Shown one piece after another: positions 38,830 to 44,133 of a stretch of DNA of 44,133 bases. Origin of the DNA: Ginkgo biloba (lineage: Eukaryota > Plantae > Ginkgophyta); assembly GCA_024626585.2 (NCBI GenBank), contig JANKJI020000002.1, forward strand, positions 266,775,084-266,819,216, given 5' to 3'. The notes under the pieces were generated by a model. It searched no databases, was not told where the DNA came from, and was given only the letters and a program-made list of their open reading frames with translations. The translations under genes were made by a program, and so were the position numbers. Numbering within the stretch: position 1 is the first letter of the stretch; each line of letters begins with the position of its first letter.

Positions 38830-39780
38830 TATATGCATATCTTAGTAGGTGATTAAAATATCCCCATGTCATTAACTACATATTTTTTAATAACAAACTA
38901 TTGCATCTACTAATGCATGTAATCCTATCAAATTGAACCTATAAATTCAAGATTAAAGCAAGTTGGTCACATACATTAAGTCTTAAAAAGATATAAAATT
39001 TTTTAACTAGAGAAACTCTCTCAGGGAATAAAAATCTAGAATGATATTAAACTATTAAGTGAGGTTTAAATCCACTATGCCTATACCTCTATTTATGAGA
39101 TTCAAATCAAAGGGGTCTATATAGTAAAATACATGTTGGTGTAGATATTTTTAGTCTTTACCATGACTCTCTCAAACTCTCTAGTTTCATAAATGATCTA
39201 CATCTCCTTCCTACTTTTATAATTGTTCTATCCTCTACCTTCTCTAAGTAAATGTATTATCTCTCCTTCTATAGCTCCATATCTATATAAGTTATTAATC
39301 TCCATTTATATCTGTGCATTACCATATAAAATATCTCTTTCATAGATATAGGTGTTTCCTAATGGGTGATGGGGGTCTCCTTTGATCTTTAGAGAATCTT
39401 CCCATACTATTTGGATCTCTAAAAGTATGCTTCCCTTATTACAAGATTAAATGTTTCCATTCTTCCCCATTCGTAGAAATACATATAATAAAATTCAAAA
39501 CCCCATCTAGGAATCACTTAGGAATCCATTTTCCATCCTTCCTTTATATTTAGTTCTATCTATTTTCTTTATCTGGGTCTATCTATCTCCCTGTATGAGA
39601 GAATGTCCTTATATATGTCCTCATCTCGTTTTCTCTATTTCATTAAGGCATATTTAGTTACTCTAAATAATTATAGTAGGTGAACCATTTCCAAATGGTT
39701 ATAACATATTACAAACAACCATTTTATCTTCTTGATGCACAATGGGGCCCTATTTTGAAACTCGTGCCTTCAATTTTCNN
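38830..39780 (-). mobile_element. LTR copy B (adjacent to the PBS; diverged from A and C)
   Basis: Directly abuts the PBS and shares TTTTTAACTAGAGAA..GGGAATAAAAATCTAG..CTCTATTTATGA with A and C. The right boundary is uncertain. Confidence 0.55.
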
Positions 39781-41177
39781 NNNNNNNNNNNNNNNNNNNN
39801 NNNNNNNNNNNNNNNNNNNNNNNNNNNNNNNNNNNNNNNNNNNNNNNNNNNNNNNNNNNNNNNNNNNNNNNNNNNNNNTTATCAACCCTCTCAGATCGAG
39901 ATTTTTTAATACAACTTTGACCCTCTTAAAATTTGGCCTTTTTAAGATGGTTTGATTGTCTCAAAATATTTGTTTCATATTTGAGACAATCATTTTAGGC
40001 AATTTAGAAAACTATCTCAAATAAATAGGATTGTAAGAACTGTCTTTAACTACCATACTTGAAATTTTCTTGGCCATCTCAAATTTGGTAGACACTTGTA
40101 GTGCTTGTAGTTATGTGTTTGTTTGCATATTGATAAATACTGAAATTTATCAATAGTCTTTACTCATTAATTCTATATACAACTGTTAAATTTAGTAACT
40201 TTACTTATGACAGAGTTATGATTTATAACAAAAGCTTCTAAAAACAAATCAAGATACCATCAACGACAAAGAAATTTAATCCAATGAAAAAAATATATAT
40301 TTCAAAGATTAATTTATTTTTTATTAGACTTTTTCCAATAATTTATGAAAATTTAATTTGTTTCGATTTAAAAAAAATTGTTTCTTTTTGTTTAAAATAA
40401 ATAACATTTAGATTTTCATAAACTACTTTAATCATGCCTAGCTCTTAACAAGCATAATTGATTTTAAATGACTCTTTACTAATAATTTACAATCTTTAAG
40501 AGATGCATTAGATTGTAGGGAATACATGTTGAGCTACACTAAATTGAACGAATCAAAGTATTGTGTATTATTTATGTGAGTTTGATGTGATTAGGTTTTA
40601 GAATTTTTTTCTAGTAAATTAAGGATTTAGTTACTCTTAAAAAAACATTCATCTCTAGCACCACTAAAGTAATCTTTAATTCATTCTTTATAACACCAAC
40701 ATGAATTTCCTAATGCTACGTCCTTCTCACTTTTTATGGGTGTGTATTATGATGCAACCTCACCATGTCTTTATTATTATGAGGTGCAAAAGCATGTTGT
40801 CATGACTATACACAAATCACTTATGGGAGTAATCTAACCTCATATGAAGTTGATGTAGTTCTATATGTTTGCAAACTATCTATGTTTGTATTGTGTTCCT
40901 TAAGAATGTTTTGTTGTCGTCCCTCTCTATCAAATGTCGTGCCTTTTCTTGAAGGTCATGCTACACCTTTCTCCCTTTGTCATAGGGGACCACACCTTTT
41001 TCTTGAAAGCTAAAAGGACTAAGAATGGAGTATACGTAGCTTGAAGATAAGTACCTACAAGTGTAGAGAATGTATGAACAATGATTTGGACATAATATAA
41101 TTATAATTTTATTAATCAAAACTATCTTATGAATCCAAGAGGAAATATCATACATGTATGAATAAATGATCTGCACT

Positions 41178-41869
41178 CTTAGTCACCATATTCGTTGTTT
41201 TTTTTGGTAAATGTTCGATTTTTTTACCTCCGCCGAATTAATCGATAAAATGCGCCGGATTTTTTAAGCGATGGTCAAACGTTGACCATCACTTAAAAAA
41301 TCACTAAATGACTAATGTTGTAGGGAAAAATTTATCGCGGATCTCGCCTCACGAAGTTTGCCGCAGAGTTGCAGATGCTTATGAATCGTGCCACAAAGTC
41401 ACAGAACCAAGCCGCAGGCCATCGTTTTCGTAGGTCCGGAGTGGCAGACTAAGCACCAAGGTGAAACAACTTCGCTAGACGCAGATTAGTGTTGTGGTTT
41501 GCCCATGAGTTTTACCAGGCATAGAGAAATGTTCCCAAGTGCAAATTAGTGTTGAGGACCTTGAGGTTACTCACAAATTTTACTCGTCGGGCCACTATAG
41601 AGGTTTTGCTTATGAAATTTGCCCATCATTCATAAATATTGTCGTTCTCACAAACTACAGGGCTGCCGTAGACCTTCAAAAGTTTTTCCATTTTTGTAAT
41701 ATGTATTTCTCTATGTTAATTTTTAATGAATGAATATTTTATTGAGGAAAAATATTTTTGTATTTAACGAATTTTATGGCGATTTTTTTCGAATATTTTG
41801 ACCTACCCAATTTTTTAACAATTTTTTTGCTCGTCGAATTCAAATTCGAACTCGGACCTAGTGACTAAG
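41178..41869. mobile_element. Non-autonomous TIR DNA transposon (MITE-like, ~690 bp)
   Basis: Terminal inverted repeats CTTAGTCAC/GTGACTAAG, a CpG-rich body, no credible ORF, and an internal 21-bp hairpin at 41258-41302. No clear direct TSD. Confidence 0.7.
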
Positions 41870-42234
41870 CCTAGAAGCAAGAAGGAAGGATATAAATTGG
41901 TGTGGGCAAATTTTAAAAATTGGTCAGAAATGTGGAAAATGACAAAGTAGGTTGACATGAAAAGCACTAATCAATAAGGAAGTCAAGAAATTATCCATCA
42001 CAATGTTCCATGAAATGGTGGAAAGCAAGCATGTAGAACAAAGTAGGAATATTAGACATTCCTAACCAATCAAGAGATGGGAAAACAAGTTCAAATCCTA
42101 AACGAATAACTCAGGTCAAAATTAACAAAGGGTTTAAATAACTGGAGCAGGAGAGCATGGAATCCAAGAATAAGATCAAAGAAAGGAAACAATCTTTAAA
42201 AAAAAAAGTCATAAAAGCTGCAAATAAATAGTAT

Positions 42235-43432
42235 AAATAAATAATTTAACATACACATCAATTCTTACATAGTCATATAGGATTTTTAACTAGAGAAGTC
42301 CTCATAGGGAATAAAAATCTAGGTTTCATTAAAAAATATTCGACAAGGAATTACATTAGTTTGTTTTTATGCCTCTATTTATGATTTGTAGATCAGAGGG
42401 ATTTACACAGTAATTATAGGGTTTTGCACCCCATAATTGGTATAAACTTGGGCCTTGGTTATCCAAGTTATTGTCCCTAGTATGTTTTAGGATCCTTTAT
42501 ATTTTCCTTGGAGATCAAATTATCTCTCTCTGAATCACTCTCTCATTCCAATATTCTTATCCACACTCTCTCTTATAAACTTAGTTCTCTCCTTCAGTTC
42601 TATGTCTTAGTCTTTCTAATGATTGCTACTCTATCTTTGAACTTTTTCCCTCAAATGTCCATTTAATTTTATAAGTATGTGAGGTAGCTAAACAATCTTG
42701 TAACTAAATCACTTCACCATTCATGGGACCCTCCTTCATAAATTATGACTTTGGGATTTCACTCAGTTGTATGTTATTTTGAGTCCATGACCCTCATTAG
42801 GGTTTTGAATAATCCTTCATCAAACACATTCCCCTCATAACTCCTAAAGTCCTAAGATCTTAAAATCCTAAGAAAATATGGATTTCGTCAACTAAATTAT
42901 ATGAATATTTTGGGTTTGCCTCACTTGGTATTTTAAGGAAGGCTTTGGGCACATTCCTCTTAAATCTCCCAAACCTCAAAATTCTTAATAAGCCCACCAT
43001 ACCAAAATAATTAAATCTATTTTATCTATTGTTGGGTTCGCAACAATTTAGAACTTTAAATGAGGGTGCATCACTTAAAGTTTCCAAAACCTTTAGATAC
43101 TAAAAAGTTATTAACTAGAGTGTATCTTCCTTTTGGGTCTGCCTCACTTCGCATTTCCTACAAGCTTTAGGATCATCCTTCATGGATTCACTATCATCGA
43201 TATTCAACTATTGTTAGTCTACTAAAATCCCTACAACCTAAACTTATTTATACCTTTTATCAATGATGACAAATGACCTTTTGATCATTCACCAACAATA
43301 CCATCTTTTTTCACCACCACAAATAACTATAAATTATCAGAAGTGAAATATTAACTTCCATTAGTTAATCTCCAACATTCATTCTCTAACTCTCATCATT
43401 TGTCCATTTTATTTAGATCTAAAAATGGATCA
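42235..43432 (-). mobile_element. LTR copy C (solo or truncated)
   Basis: Collinear with 35145-36885 (e.g. TATCCAAGTTATTGTC, AAAAGTTATTAACT, TTTGTCCATTTTATTT..AAAAATGGAT) but lacks most of A's ~35760-36260 segment. Confidence 0.8.
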
Positions 43433-44133
43433 TTAGATGCGGATCTAAGAATAAATTATTATATTTCACATGAAGAGTACACAAAACTTACACTAGCAAA
43501 AGAGGACAATAATAATAAAATAAACATAGATGATTNNNNNNNNNNNNNNNNNNNNNNNNNTAGATGATTAATTAAGGAGGATATGAATAATTGGCAGTTT
43601 ATATATATTGTCATCATAAGATGATTTTTTTAAGTCTTACTAATATATAGTATTAAATTAACTTATTTTATTTTTGATAGATTAGAAAAATCATGTCATA
43701 ATATAAATGAGCTTTATCCATTATAGAGGCTTGAATGTGTGTACGATGCAGTAAGTTAATGCTAGTTATACTCTATAGTTTCATCCACATAATATGAAAT
43801 AGTANNNNNNNNNNNNNNNNNNNNNNNNNNNNNNNNNNNNNNNNNNNNNNNNNNNNNNNNNNNNNNNNNNNCGGTTCAATGACATGACATCTTATGATAT
43901 AACACTATTCAATCTTTAACCCTCTTCTTATTACCATTATTATCCTTTAATGATGCAACCTCCCTTATTTTTAATGATTATTTTCCATTATCTATCTTTA
44001 TATTTTAATAGTTCAACCTGACTATATTTCAAGTGCATTATTTTCTAATATCGGTCATTGTTTACTATTAGTGTATCATGACTACATGTTTCTAGCACAT
44101 TTTATAAAATTATTCGCTAAATTATTTTTTGTT

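Overview
AT-rich, gap-ridden eukaryotic (seed plant, probably gymnosperm-like) genomic window. It holds one intact gene, a minus-strand GPI-anchored GH17+X8 glucan endo-1,3-beta-glucosidase (coding exons 12710-12364 and 10863-9750, 486 aa, one 1500-bp GT-AG intron). The gene sits among old, CpG-depleted transposon debris: a near full-length degenerate Ty3/gypsy, a Helitron RepHel fragment, a Tat/Ogre-like LTR, a chromovirus integrase end, a gypsy RT fragment, a Copia element, a non-autonomous LTR element with 30-bp repeats, and a CpG-rich TIR element with a 21-bp hairpin. I see no convincing wholly new biological system. The best leads are regulatory: (i) apparent spliced 3'-UTR exons more than 50 nt after the glucanase stop codon (possible NMD control), with the Helitron fragment inside the second putative UTR intron; (ii) an isolated CpG-retaining island with three MSA-like motifs about 12 kb upstream; (iii) an overlapping uORF. 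All alignments were done by eye and TE boundaries are approximate.
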